From an uncultured virus (IMG/VR IMGVR_UViG_3300042430_001364) (taxonomy: Duplodnaviria > Heunggongvirae > Uroviricota > Caudoviricetes), in the IMG/VR virus record IMGVR_UViG_3300042430_001364: a stretch of DNA of 64,000 bases. The stretch is one strand, 5' to 3'. A program made the position numbers and the translations under genes. Within the stretch, counting starts at the first letter, position 1; the number at the start of each line of letters is the position of its first letter. The notes beneath the pieces are model-generated. The model saw only the letters and a list, made by a program, of their open reading frames with translations. It was not told the DNA's origin and made no database searches. Of the stretch, positions 38,668 through 48,333 are shown in pieces.

Positions 38668-41600
38668 ATGGCCCTTAATTTCCCAACATCACCAGAACTA
38701 AATCAAGTTTATACCAGCGGCACCCGGAGTTGGCGTTGGGATGGCTCGTCTTGGGTCGCAAACAATAGCGTAACGAATATATTAGGCTATATCCCGGTTA
38801 ATAAGGCGGGCGACACTATGAGTGGCGGCTTAAATGTGCCAAATGTTAACGCTGTTACTGTTACGGCGAATTCTAGTGGATTTAGCATCGCTGGTGGTAG
38901 TTCTTCGTCAAAAACTTTAACTGTTTCAAATGGAGTAACTATTGCTGGAACAGATGGTTCAACTTTAAATATTGGCGCTGGTGGAACTCTTTTAAGTGGC
39001 GCTTTTCAAGCTTCTTCGCAAGGAACAACTGGCGCGCAAGGCGTGCAAGGAACAACTGGTTCGCAAGGCGCTCAAGGAACAGATGGAGTACAAGGAAACA
39101 CAGGCGCACAAGGCACACAAGGACTTACTGGACCTAATGGCATACAGGGCGCAACTGGAACTCAAGGCTCTACAGGAACTCAAGGAGCAACTGGCGTTCA
39201 AGGTTCAACTGGTGCTCAAGGAATTCAAGGAATTACTGGTTCGCAAGGTGCAACTGGAACGCAAGGAGCAGTAGGTTCAACAGGCGGAACAGGAGCAACT
39301 GGCTCTACTGGCGTTCAAGGTTCAACTGGCGCTCAAGGAACTTCGGGCGCATCTATTTTAGGAACTAATAACACTTGGACTGGAACAAATGCGTTTACTT
39401 ATCCGTCAGGCACCGCAATTATTTCATTAGATAGTACAGCTTCTTTAGGTACTGGTACTGGACTCAGCCTTGCTTGGAGATCGTATTCAAATTCGGGAAA
39501 TAGTATTCTAGCAACAACAGCTGCTATGAGAGGAGCTAGAGAAAACTCTACTTCTGGTAATTATGCTGGTTTATTTTCTATATATACCACAGATTCTGGT
39601 GGATCTAATCTTGAGCGTTTTCATATTAATAGTAGTGGAAATGTTGGTATTGGTACGACGAGTCCTGCTGCAAAACTCCATGTCAATGGTGGTGAAATTT
39701 ACGTTCAAAGCACCGACTATGGTCGCGTAATGTTTGTTCGTGGTAGTACTAGCATTTGGGCTGTTGGACCAAGAAACACGGACGATCTTTACATTCGCCG
39801 CGAAGGTGGGTCGGCAAATGTGATTTTTGATGGTGGCAACGTCGGCATTGGCGTAACCGCACCAACAGCTTCCTTACAGGTTGCTTCGTCTTCTGCTCTT
39901 GCTGCCGGTAATCCTTCAATTATTTTGCAAGGCTCAAATAACACAGAGCGGATTAGTATCCGCAGCACATCCGCGTCTGTATTTGTTGCTCAATTTGCCA
40001 ATGGCACACTTGCAAGCCCAACGGCTGTAACCACTGGCAACTTTCTTGGTAGCTACCAATTTGGCGGATATGCTGCAACGCTTTGGACTAGGGGCGCACA
40101 AGTCTCTGGTTCTGCCGCTGGCACATGGACAGACACAAGCACCCCAGCAAATATAGTATTTGAAACAGTTCCCTCAGGCTCTACAGGATTTTTAGAACGT
40201 ATGCGTATCGACAGCAGCGGTAACGTCGGTATTGGAACGGCAAGTCCTGCAAATAGATTATCGGTCGCTGGTTCAGGTACATCGCTATTTCACTTTTTAG
40301 GCGAAGGTAATACATATTATGTATTACGTTCTAGAAATAGTGCAGATAGCGCGTTTGCTGATTTAGTATTAAGAACTGATGATTTTGTAATAGAAGCAGG
40401 AACTTCTGGAGCAGTAACCGAACGTCTTAGATTAGGAGATACTGGTAATTTTAATATAGATTCAGGAACATTTTTTGTTGACGCTCTAAATGACAGGGTC
40501 GGCATTGGTACGACGAGTCCTGCTTATAAATTACATCTCAGTGGAGGTTCTGATACTCGTATTCAAATAGACGCAACCTCTACTCAAGGATTTTATTTTA
40601 CAAAGGCAGGAACTAATAACGGAACATTTCGCGTAGATACTGACGGTAATTTTGAGTTTTACACCAAGACGGTTTCCCAAGCAATGGTTCTAACGGCTGC
40701 TGGCAAAGTCGGCATTGGGACGACGAGTCCCGGAGCAACATTAGACGTAAACGGAAACGGACGTTTTATACAAAACGCCGCAGCGACGACAGGAGCAATT
40801 ATTCTTCGTCAAGCCGCAGCAGATGCGGAAGGTTCATTCATTCAGTGGGTCAATAATGCGAACACCGTTGAAAAAGGTTGGTTTACTGTAGATACATCTA
40901 GCAACATGAAATTTGCTACGGTTTCTACCGAGCGGATGCGTATAACTTCGACAGGCAACGTAGGTATTGGGACTAGCTCACCTGGTAACTTTAGATTGAA
41001 TGTCACATATAGTACAGGTAATTATGCGCCTGTAGAATTTAGCGGACCAGGAGTAGCGGCTTGGGGTATTGGATTAGTTGTGCGAACAACTGGCGGCACT
41101 GATGGTGCGGCAATTTTATTAAGAAACCGTGACGTAAAAAACTGGCAAATTCGTGGTGAAGCTAGCGGAACAGGATTTCATATTACAGAAGATGGTGGTG
41201 ATGGAAATTACGGTAGCGGATTCGGTACTGCAAGATTGACGATTGCTGCTGGCGGCGCTGTCAATATTCCCGGTTCTCTTTCCAAAGGTTCTGGCTCATT
41301 CCGCATTGAACATCCACTACCTTCAAAATCCGAAACCCACGAACTTGTTCACTCTTTCATCGAAGGTCCACAAGCTGATCTTATTTATCGCGGTAAAGCA
41401 ACACTAGTAAACGGTGCTGCATCCGTGAATATTGACACCTCCGCCACTATGACAGAAGGCACATTTGAAGCTCTCTGCCGTGAAGTTCAATGTTTCACTA
41501 CTAACGAAAGCGGTTGGACTGCTATTCGTGGAAAAGTTACAGGCAATATTCTCACAATTCAAGCTCAAGATTCTACCTGCACAGACGAAATTTCTTGGAT

Positions 41601-41736
41601 GGTAATTGGCGAACGCCAAGACAAACATATGATGGATACTGAATGGACAGACGAAAATGGTAAAGTAATTGTTGAGCCTTTAAAACCAGTTAAAGAATTA
41701 GCAAGCGATAGTGAAACAACAGAAACTAATTCTTAA
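38668..41736 (+). CDS. Collagen-like fibre (1022 aa) with GNVGIGT repeats
   Basis: G-X-Y run, six VGIG repeats, C-terminal [12 protein letters not shown]...LVHSFIEGP...YRG. Confidence 0.8.
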   Translation: MALNFPTSPELNQVYTSGTRSWRWDGSSWVANNSVTNILGYIPVNKAGDTMSGGLNVPNVNAVTVTANSSGFSIAGGSSSSKTLTVSNGVTIAGTDGSTLNIGAGGTLLSGAFQASSQGTTGAQGVQGTTGSQGAQGTDGVQGNTGAQGTQGLTGPNGIQGATGTQGSTGTQGATGVQGSTGAQGIQGITGSQGATGTQGAVGSTGGTGATGSTGVQGSTGAQGTSGASILGTNNTWTGTNAFTYPSGTAIISLDSTASLGTGTGLSLAWRSYSNSGNSILATTAAMRGARENSTSGNYAGLFSIYTTDSGGSNLERFHINSSGNVGIGTTSPAAKLHVNGGEIYVQSTDYGRVMFVRGSTSIWAVGPRNTDDLYIRREGGSANVIFDGGNVGIGVTAPTASLQVASSSALAAGNPSIILQGSNNTERISIRSTSASVFVAQFANGTLASPTAVTTGNFLGSYQFGGYAATLWTRGAQVSGSAAGTWTDTSTPANIVFETVPSGSTGFLERMRIDSSGNVGIGTASPANRLSVAGSGTSLFHFLGEGNTYYVLRSRNSADSAFADLVLRTDDFVIEAGTSGAVTERLRLGDTGNFNIDSGTFFVDALNDRVGIGTTSPAYKLHLSGGSDTRIQIDATSTQGFYFTKAGTNNGTFRVDTDGNFEFYTKTVSQAMVLTAAGKVGIGTTSPGATLDVNGNGRFIQNAAATTGAIILRQAAADAEGSFIQWVNNANTVEKGWFTVDTSSNMKFATVSTERMRITSTGNVGIGTSSPGNFRLNVTYSTGNYAPVEFSGPGVAAWGIGLVVRTTGGTDGAAILLRNRDVKNWQIRGEASGTGFHITEDGGDGNYGSGFGTARLTIAAGGAVNIPGSLSKGSGSFRIEHPLPSKSETHELVHSFIEGPQADLIYRGKATLVNGAASVNIDTSATMTEGTFEALCREVQCFTTNESGWTAIRGKVTGNILTIQAQDSTCTDEISWMVIGERQDKHMMDTEWTDENGKVIVEPLKPVKELASDSETTETNS

Positions 41737-41800
41737 AATACACCAACAACACAACAAAAACTTATTAGATAAAAACGTTGTTTAATTAATAATAAATAAA

Positions 41801-42766
41801 ATGCCACTCCCGGTATCACCAAATCCAATTTCCCTTAACCTAGTTAATTTAGAACTTGGTCTTGCAGGAACAGCGACGATTTCAATGAACGACGCTGCTG
41901 TGCGTACTCTTGCTGGTGTTGGCGGCAGTGGCACAACGATTTCTATGAGTAATTTGCATGGAAAGAGTAATTCTATTTCAGCTACTGGTGGCACAGTAAC
42001 TACAAGCGGCGGATATAAGATACATACATTTACTTCTTCTGGAACTTTCTCGGTTTCATCAGTTCCTTCTGGAGCTACAATAAGATATTTAGTAGTTGCT
42101 GGAGGTGGCGGTGGCGGTGGAGCTTCTGGCTTTTTCGGAGCTGGTGGTGGAGCTGGCGGATTAAGATATAGTGGGTCATACTCAATTTCGGCTGGAAGTT
42201 ACGCTGTAACAGTTGGCGGCGGCGGTGGTGGAGCTGCGCGTGGTGACGGAGGATCTGGAGCTACTGGATCAGGATCTTCTTTTGCCTCTATTTCTAGCTC
42301 AAGCGGTGGTGGCGGCGGAGCTTACGGAAATAACGGAGGCGGTAACGGAGGTTCTGGCGGTGGCGCTGCTCAATCTCACGCGTCTATAGGCTATGCTGAT
42401 GGAGGCGGCAGCGGGAATAACGGAGGAGAAGGAAGTCCATGGGGACGCGGCGGCGGTGGTGGCGCAGGAGCTGTAGGCGGAAACGCTATTGATGGAAATC
42501 TTCAAGGAGGAGCTGGCGGATCTGGTCTTTCTTACGATATTTCAGGAACTAGTACAGCTTACGCTGGAGGCGGTGGTGGCGCTGGATATTATGTTGGAGG
42601 AGGCGCTGGTTCTGGAGGTGGTGGCACTGGTGGCGTAGGGCAAAGTGACGTTGGCGCAACAGCTGGCCAATCTGGAACTGGCGGTGGTGGCGGTGGCGGA
42701 ACAAATTCTAACGGCGGACAAAACGGAGGTTCTGGAGTAGTTATCATTAGTTACTTAGGAGCTTAA
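41801..42766 (+). CDS. Glycine-rich virion protein
   Basis: ATGG...GGYKIHTFTSSGTF, YLVVAGGGGGG, GGSGVVIISY. Confidence 0.8.
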   Translation: MPLPVSPNPISLNLVNLELGLAGTATISMNDAAVRTLAGVGGSGTTISMSNLHGKSNSISATGGTVTTSGGYKIHTFTSSGTFSVSSVPSGATIRYLVVAGGGGGGGASGFFGAGGGAGGLRYSGSYSISAGSYAVTVGGGGGGAARGDGGSGATGSGSSFASISSSSGGGGGAYGNNGGGNGGSGGGAAQSHASIGYADGGGSGNNGGEGSPWGRGGGGGAGAVGGNAIDGNLQGGAGGSGLSYDISGTSTAYAGGGGGAGYYVGGGAGSGGGGTGGVGQSDVGATAGQSGTGGGGGGGTNSNGGQNGGSGVVIISYLGA

Positions 42767-42776
42767 TAAAAATTTT

Positions 42777-43121
42777 ATGGCACACTTCGCAGAAATTAAT
42801 TCGCAAAATCTAGTATTAAGAGTTCTTGTTGTTCCTGATGAAGAACAGCATCGCGGACAAGAGTTCTTAGCTAGTGACCTTAAACTTGGAGGAACTTGGA
42901 TTCAAACAAGTTATAATGGAACTATTAGAAAAAATTACGCAGGAATAGGAGATACCTATGATTCTTCTAGAGATGCTTTTATTTCTCCTAAACCGTTTCC
43001 ATCATTCGTTCTAAACGAACAAACTTGCAGATGGCAAGCTCCAGTGCCATGCCCAAGCGGAGAACTTCATGAGTGGAACGAAGCTTCTTTAAACTGGATT
43101 TTAGTTCAACCTCCTGTTTAA
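42777..43121 (+). CDS. Small protein accompanying the glycine-rich protein
   Basis: MAHFAEI...WIQTSYN...RKNYAGIG..YD..RDAFI.PKP.PS..LNE.TC.W.APV. Confidence 0.7.
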   Translation: MAHFAEINSQNLVLRVLVVPDEEQHRGQEFLASDLKLGGTWIQTSYNGTIRKNYAGIGDTYDSSRDAFISPKPFPSFVLNEQTCRWQAPVPCPSGELHEWNEASLNWILVQPPV

Positions 43122-43136
43122 AAAAATCTAACCAAT

Positions 43137-43165
43137 AAAAAAGCCCCGAATTTCTTCGGGGCTTT
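43137..43165 (-). terminator. Terminator between convergent genes (strongest leftward)
   Basis: AAAGCCCCGAA-TTTC-TTCGGGGCTTT with an A-run on the left. Confidence 0.85.
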
Positions 43166-43186
43166 GTTGTTTATGGGGTATTTAGT

Positions 43187-44308
43187 TTAGGAAGCTGTAG
43201 CAACGAAGACGCCGTTTGTGGAGTCTTGTGGCGCACCGATCTGCGATGTGAACACGAGATCAACTGTCTTGTTGTCACCAAGCGAAGAAGACAAGCTTTC
43301 ACTAACGAGCTTGGCATTTCTGATTTGGTAAACAAGTTTTTCAGCATTAGCTGGATCTCTGAAAGCGAATTTCAAGGTCTTGAAATCGTCGTTGTTAACC
43401 AACGAGAAGAGATTACCAGCAGCTTTCAAGTCAGCAACAATAGCGGAAACGTTAACGGTAACTTCAACTGGGAAGTCGATAACCTTAGCGTAGCCGAAAC
43501 GATTGCCGAGACGTTGAAGTGTGGTACGGCCAATTGGAATATCAATCGAGAAAGATTGAATATGCGCAGCGGAATTACCAGAGTCAACGCCTGTTGGCAT
43601 ATCAACGATAATTGGATCAACCAATTCCATTGTAATGTCGCCGGGGCGAAGAGCAGAGAGACCTACGCTGCCAGTAGTTGGAGCAGGAAGAACGAACTGA
43701 TTAGAGCCAGTAGCGCTAGTTTCTACAGTCAAAGAAGGAAGAGTGCCGCTGTTGCCTTCAACAACATTGATATTCAAACCTTCAATTGTGACTGAAGCGG
43801 TAGGAATGCTACCAACAGCTGCTTCGATACCGTATTGGGTAACGAAACCGTTGCCGATTGTGATGGTGCTAGAAGCGGCACCAGTCAAAGTGGAGCCAGC
43901 AGAACCAGCAGCGTCATTGCCTTCTGGAGCGGTGAAAATGTGGAAGTTACGACCAGAAACTGTTGCAGTGTCGTTTGTCTGTGTAGAGTCAATAAGACCG
44001 CTAATAAAAGACAAAGTTGTTCCGACGCCAGTTCCTACGCTGAAACCAAGAGCGGTTTCGTTGTTACCTGTGGTCAGGTAATACGAGAAGTCAAGGTTAA
44101 TTGTAGGTGGTTCCAAGATGATAGCGTCAATACGAGCAAGATTACCAAATTGGTTAATATCTTGACGAGCGACAGAGAAGCCATAGTTGGCCGATTGTAC
44201 ACGGTGCAACTGCTTGATGTTGTTAGCCGCATGAGTAGCTGTTGGTACAAGAGTACCATCGCTAACGAAAAGGGCTTCTGATTGATAAATTACTCTATTA
44301 CGTGCCAT
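43187..44308 (-). CDS. Major tail tube protein (putative)
   Basis: 373 aa, capsid-like codon bias, own late motif and terminator, beta-rich, next to neck genes. Confidence 0.65.
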   Translation of the reverse strand: MARNRVIYQSEALFVSDGTLVPTATHAANNIKQLHRVQSANYGFSVARQDINQFGNLARIDAIILEPPTINLDFSYYLTTGNNETALGFSVGTGVGTTLSFISGLIDSTQTNDTATVSGRNFHIFTAPEGNDAAGSAGSTLTGAASSTITIGNGFVTQYGIEAAVGSIPTASVTIEGLNINVVEGNSGTLPSLTVETSATGSNQFVLPAPTTGSVGLSALRPGDITMELVDPIIVDMPTGVDSGNSAAHIQSFSIDIPIGRTTLQRLGNRFGYAKVIDFPVEVTVNVSAIVADLKAAGNLFSLVNNDDFKTLKFAFRDPANAEKLVYQIRNAKLVSESLSSSLGDNKTVDLVFTSQIGAPQDSTNGVFVATAS

Positions 44309-44370
44309 AAGTTTTAAAAGTTAAGAGAAGGTTTAAATACTTTACATTCTTTTGCCTAGAAATGGAATCC

Positions 44371-45216
44371 TTATGCTCTAGGGTATCTATATTGGGTGAT
44401 TTCAAAATCAATAAAGCCAATATAGGTTTTTACATTAGACGATCTTGATCTAGTGTCTTTAAGTTTAGACACAGTAACGTCGTCTATAAACAGCTCAACA
44501 GAAGGATTTGGGTTAGCGTAGTAATCGCTGTAATTGTACGGATAAGATTTAAGGTCGCCGTATTCAGTTAAAGGATATTCGCCAAAGTCTTTTTCGGTAA
44601 ATACTTTCTTTTGAGTGTCTGCAAAAAGCGACAAGACCCCATCTAAGTGATATGGATTGTCAGTGAAAACAACGCATTTCATAATAGAGCGAGTTTCGTC
44701 TTCGCCGCCAAAAGAGAAAGGTTTGTTTTTGATAGAATCAGAAACAATGAAAACAGCAGGAATAATCTCGTCGTAAGGCTGAATATAAGTTCCGCTACGA
44801 GGAAATTTGAGGTTTTCGTCAAAATTGTTCTCAATGATAAGATCGTCTTCATCTTCATTGCTCATGTAGATGCTAAAATCTTTAACAGAGTAAGCTCCTG
44901 TAACATTAGCTGTGGCGGCAACTCCAGTAGTTAAAACGCGGCCATTAAGATAATCCATTACCAACCCGCCGCCCCTAGGCTTGAAAACAGAATTGACGAA
45001 TACACCAGAGGGAACAATTGCTCCAGATACACTGGAATCAAAGACGAATTGTTTATGAGAACTTCCAAAAACTTTGTAGGCAGTTGATATTCTTGGATCT
45101 TCATAGTTATAAAATTTACCTGTTTGATTTGAGAAAGCTTCGCCTTCGCTAAGAAGGTGATGGTCAAACCACAAAGCGAATGAAGTGGCTACGTTATGTT
45201 GGTATTGTGGTTTCAT
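44371..45216 (-). CDS. Putative tail terminator/neck protein
   Basis: Directly upstream of the tail tube gene. Confidence 0.5.
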   Translation of the reverse strand: MKPQYQHNVATSFALWFDHHLLSEGEAFSNQTGKFYNYEDPRISTAYKVFGSSHKQFVFDSSVSGAIVPSGVFVNSVFKPRGGGLVMDYLNGRVLTTGVAATANVTGAYSVKDFSIYMSNEDEDDLIIENNFDENLKFPRSGTYIQPYDEIIPAVFIVSDSIKNKPFSFGGEDETRSIMKCVVFTDNPYHLDGVLSLFADTQKKVFTEKDFGEYPLTEYGDLKSYPYNYSDYYANPNPSVELFIDDVTVSKLKDTRSRSSNVKTYIGFIDFEITQYRYPRA

Positions 45217-45793
45217 CTAGTTGAGAGAATTTCTTTTCGTAGCGGTTGAGAATGTCGCTAATATATTTTACATTTTTAAATCGAACTTTCGAGGCAATTT
45301 TTGATTTAACTTGAATAGCCGGGCCAGAACGAGATTGTGGATAGTTTTTCTTTTGATTATAAAGATACCAACCTACGCCAGAAATGCCAGTTTCAATGCC
45401 TTTGGCCCAGCTTCTGCCTTCGGCCCAAGGCATAGGAGTAACGTCCCAAATGTCTTCTGGAGCTGGCAGGTAAATGTTCCAGATTGGACCATCATCAGTT
45501 AATGTGCGAAATCTAATAACTGTTTTATCAAATTCTCGCTTAATAGCGTCAATAGGAGAAGTGCCAGCTTCAAATCCAATAAAAGTAAACAAATTGCCAT
45601 AGCCACCTAAAGTGTTGCTTGAGTTTGACGCTCCTACGCCAATTGAAATCTCTTTAGTTATTTCATGATTCATTAGCTCTCTAATCATCTCAGCTTTAAT
45701 ATTATTAAAACTTCTTTCGATCTTTTTATCGAAATCTTCTTTAACTAATTGGGCAACTTGCCTTTTAACTGACTTATCTAATTGAAACGCCAT
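45194..45793 (-). CDS. Putative tail completion protein
   Basis: Position in the neck block. Confidence 0.45.
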   Translation of the reverse strand: MAFQLDKSVKRQVAQLVKEDFDKKIERSFNNIKAEMIRELMNHEITKEISIGVGASNSSNTLGGYGNLFTFIGFEAGTSPIDAIKREFDKTVIRFRTLTDDGPIWNIYLPAPEDIWDVTPMPWAEGRSWAKGIETGISGVGWYLYNQKKNYPQSRSGPAIQVKSKIASKVRFKNVKYISDILNRYEKKFSQLDETTIPT

Positions 45794-45796
45794 AAA

Positions 45797-46249
45797 TTAT
45801 TCGTCAACAGGAGACAGTAAGAAAGAATAGTATTGTGGGCCAAACATACCATAAGGCTTGTAATCAGAAGCTATAGAATATCTGCGCCCATCAAGATCAA
45901 CTTTTCTAGCTTCTTTTAGTTTAACATAAGCATCATACTGAACTTTGATTTTAACAGAGCCTGTTGGATAAATAACTTTTTGTTGATCTAAGGTACCCGG
46001 AAACACGCTTTGTTCATTTGAAACATACTTGATTCTAGCTTTAAATGTAAACGACTGAGGAGTTAAGCTACTGTATGCTGTGTTATCTAAATCTCTCTTG
46101 TAGAAGCTGTTGTAGGTAGGAGAAGTAGATATGATAACAACTGTTGGATTCATGATAACAGTAATTTCACGCGAAAATGTTTCATGGATATCATCCATTG
46201 CGGAATTAATAAAAGATTTCTGTGTAGCAGAAATGTATGAAGTCGCCAT
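45797..46249 (-). CDS. Putative head closure protein
   Basis: 150 aa, TFKARIKY...V.LDGRRYSI beta-barrel-like pattern; first gene of the inverted block. Confidence 0.5.
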   Translation of the reverse strand: MATSYISATQKSFINSAMDDIHETFSREITVIMNPTVVIISTSPTYNSFYKRDLDNTAYSSLTPQSFTFKARIKYVSNEQSVFPGTLDQQKVIYPTGSVKIKVQYDAYVKLKEARKVDLDGRRYSIASDYKPYGMFGPQYYSFLLSPVDE

Positions 46250-46302
46250 ATTTTACTTTACACTTTGGATTTTAAATGTAATATATAATAAGGCAAAAGG
46301 AT

Positions 46303-46599
46303 ATGACAGGCAAAGAATATTTAAATGATAAAGTTAAGGTGAACACCTCTGATCTGTTCAAGAGGATGCTTGGTATTTTAGAAGATATTAAGCATGAACA
46401 TGATAGGCAATTTGCTCTGCTATACACCTCTGCCCCAGATTCTTTTAAGCCAGTTGTGCGCCAAGCAAACTATTTAGACGAAGATCAAATGAGTTGGTTA
46501 CGCAAGCGCGTGCTAGACATGGGCAACGAATCAATCAGAAAGATGTCTTCCGATTTGGAAGTTATCAGAGTAGAATTTCAACACACATTTAAACAATGA
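46303..46599 (+). CDS. Hypothetical protein (98 aa)
   Basis: ATGA overlap with the next gene; ATGTAAT upstream. Confidence 0.65.
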   Translation: MTGKEYLNDKVKVNTSDLFKRMLGILEDIKHEHDRQFALLYTSAPDSFKPVVRQANYLDEDQMSWLRKRVLDMGNESIRKMSSDLEVIRVEFQHTFKQ

Positions 46600-47330
46600 A
46601 AGAATTATTCGATTTCACAGTCATGCTTCCAAAAGAAGTTGATGTCACAGAAACAAAAGAAGAAAATGGTCAGACCATTACTATTACTAAAAAAGTAACA
46701 GAAGAAGTTCCGCATCGCGTAGTTTTTAAGCAGCCGTCGCGCAGAGATATTGAAGACTCTGATCTTCAATTCAGCATTGAGCTTTCTAACTGCGTAAAGA
46801 AAGGCATTCTCACAAAAGGTATGTTGCTTAAAAAGTATTCTGATACTGGAGGTCTTTCTTCACAAGACGACTCACAGCGTTTAAGTAGTCTTTACGCCGC
46901 AATTGGTAAATTACAACAAAAGTATATGTTGATGAAAACAGAAGATGGCTCTGAATCTTTAGAGAAAAACGACGTTCTTCAACAAATCGCAGTTCTGAGA
47001 AAAGAAGCTGTTGATCTTGAAACTGTTTATCTTTCCTTCTTTAACAATACCGCTGATACTATTGCGCAAAACAGCGTTATTCGCTGGTTCTGTTTGAATA
47101 TGACTCATAAGCAAGTTGCGAATGGGCCAATCGAACCAATGTTTAAAGGATCAACGTACGAACAAAAACTAGACTCTCTTTCGGATCTCGATGAAAACGG
47201 CGATCCGCTGTTCACAAAGGTTTACACTAAACTGATTACGTTCACTTCTTTTTGGTATTTCAGTAAAACAGTTTCTAAAGACGACTTCAAAAAACTAGAC
47301 GAAGACATTGCAGCGGGAAAATTTGAGTGA
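46596..47330 (+). CDS. Putative tail assembly chaperone
   Basis: Helical protein two genes upstream of the tape measure gene. Confidence 0.5.
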   Translation: MKELFDFTVMLPKEVDVTETKEENGQTITITKKVTEEVPHRVVFKQPSRRDIEDSDLQFSIELSNCVKKGILTKGMLLKKYSDTGGLSSQDDSQRLSSLYAAIGKLQQKYMLMKTEDGSESLEKNDVLQQIAVLRKEAVDLETVYLSFFNNTADTIAQNSVIRWFCLNMTHKQVANGPIEPMFKGSTYEQKLDSLSDLDENGDPLFTKVYTKLITFTSFWYFSKTVSKDDFKKLDEDIAAGKFE

Positions 47331-48300
47331 AATAGACCTATTTATTAGGTTTACAGAAATCATTAAGGGCTACTCAACGGCTGAATACCGTAGTAGCCCT
47401 ATTTTTGTTAAGCATTTAGGCTGCAATGAAAAAGCTATTTTTGATTTAAGGTACAAACAGTTTCATAAGATAGCGGTAGATAAGGGGATACCTACAGAAG
47501 AACAGTCGTTGGAAACTGCAAAAAAAGAAGGTTTTTGGAGCGATAACGATGAAGCAGAAATCGCTAAAATTCAATCTTATATTGAACGGTTGAATGTTAC
47601 TAAAAAAAATCTTTTTAAATCTTTAGAGATTAAAGAGATTCAGAAAGTAATAGACGAGCAAAAAGAAAAGTTGATAGCTAAATTAACAGAAAGAAGAAGC
47701 GTTTTAGGAAAAACTGTAGAAGAGTACGCTTCAAATAGATCGAGCGACTATATTATTTACGAGTCTTTTTACAAAGACGAAGAATTGAAACAAAAATTTT
47801 TTTCGATACAAGACTTTGAGGATATGTCTTACGAGGAATTAGTAGAGTTTATCTTGCTTTATAACACATTCATGCACGACTTTATGGATATTAATATCCA
47901 GAAAACTGTTCTGATGGACTTCTTTAATCAATATTTTTTGGTACTTGATTATCCGACAGAATTCTTTGGTTTGCCTATGGTAAAACTTACTGATTTTCAA
48001 GTAAGAATTATAATGTATGGTAAGATATTTAAGAGTATATTTGACAATGTAGAGAATATTCCTGACAATATTAGAAAAGACCCTGAAGCTTTACTAGCGT
48101 ATAAGGACAAATCTACCGCTAAAAAAGACTTTGATTCTAAACACGCTCCAAAAGGAGATGTTAGCGCATCTATGGTATTCGGCGCAAGTAAAGAAGATAT
48201 GGACGATAACAACATGAAGGGCACTTCTCTTAATAAGTTGATGAAAGAGAAAAAAACTCTTAATATGGAAGAGCTAATGAAATTACATGGCGAAGGTTAA
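47308..48300 (+). CDS. Hypothetical pre-tape-measure protein (start may be TTG at 47323)
   Basis: Long ORF overlapping the previous stop. Confidence 0.6.
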   Translation: MQRENLSEIDLFIRFTEIIKGYSTAEYRSSPIFVKHLGCNEKAIFDLRYKQFHKIAVDKGIPTEEQSLETAKKEGFWSDNDEAEIAKIQSYIERLNVTKKNLFKSLEIKEIQKVIDEQKEKLIAKLTERRSVLGKTVEEYASNRSSDYIIYESFYKDEELKQKFFSIQDFEDMSYEELVEFILLYNTFMHDFMDINIQKTVLMDFFNQYFLVLDYPTEFFGLPMVKLTDFQVRIIMYGKIFKSIFDNVENIPDNIRKDPEALLAYKDKSTAKKDFDSKHAPKGDVSASMVFGASKEDMDDNNMKGTSLNKLMKEKKTLNMEELMKLHGEG

Positions 48301-48333
48301 TCTTTGAGTGTAAAATACTCAAAAGGTTAAAGG

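Noticed and set aside
27456..41736. Diversity-generating retroelement acting on fibre tips
   Set aside because: No reverse transcriptase and no TR/VR pair with adenine-specific mismatches was noticed in this window.
47315..47321. G GGA AAA slippery heptamer at the end of the putative tail chaperone (lambda G/GT-style -1 frameshift)
   Set aside because: A -1 shift reads GGG AAA ATT TGA and stops at once. The downstream ORF is in the +1/-2 frame and can start at an overlapping TTG.
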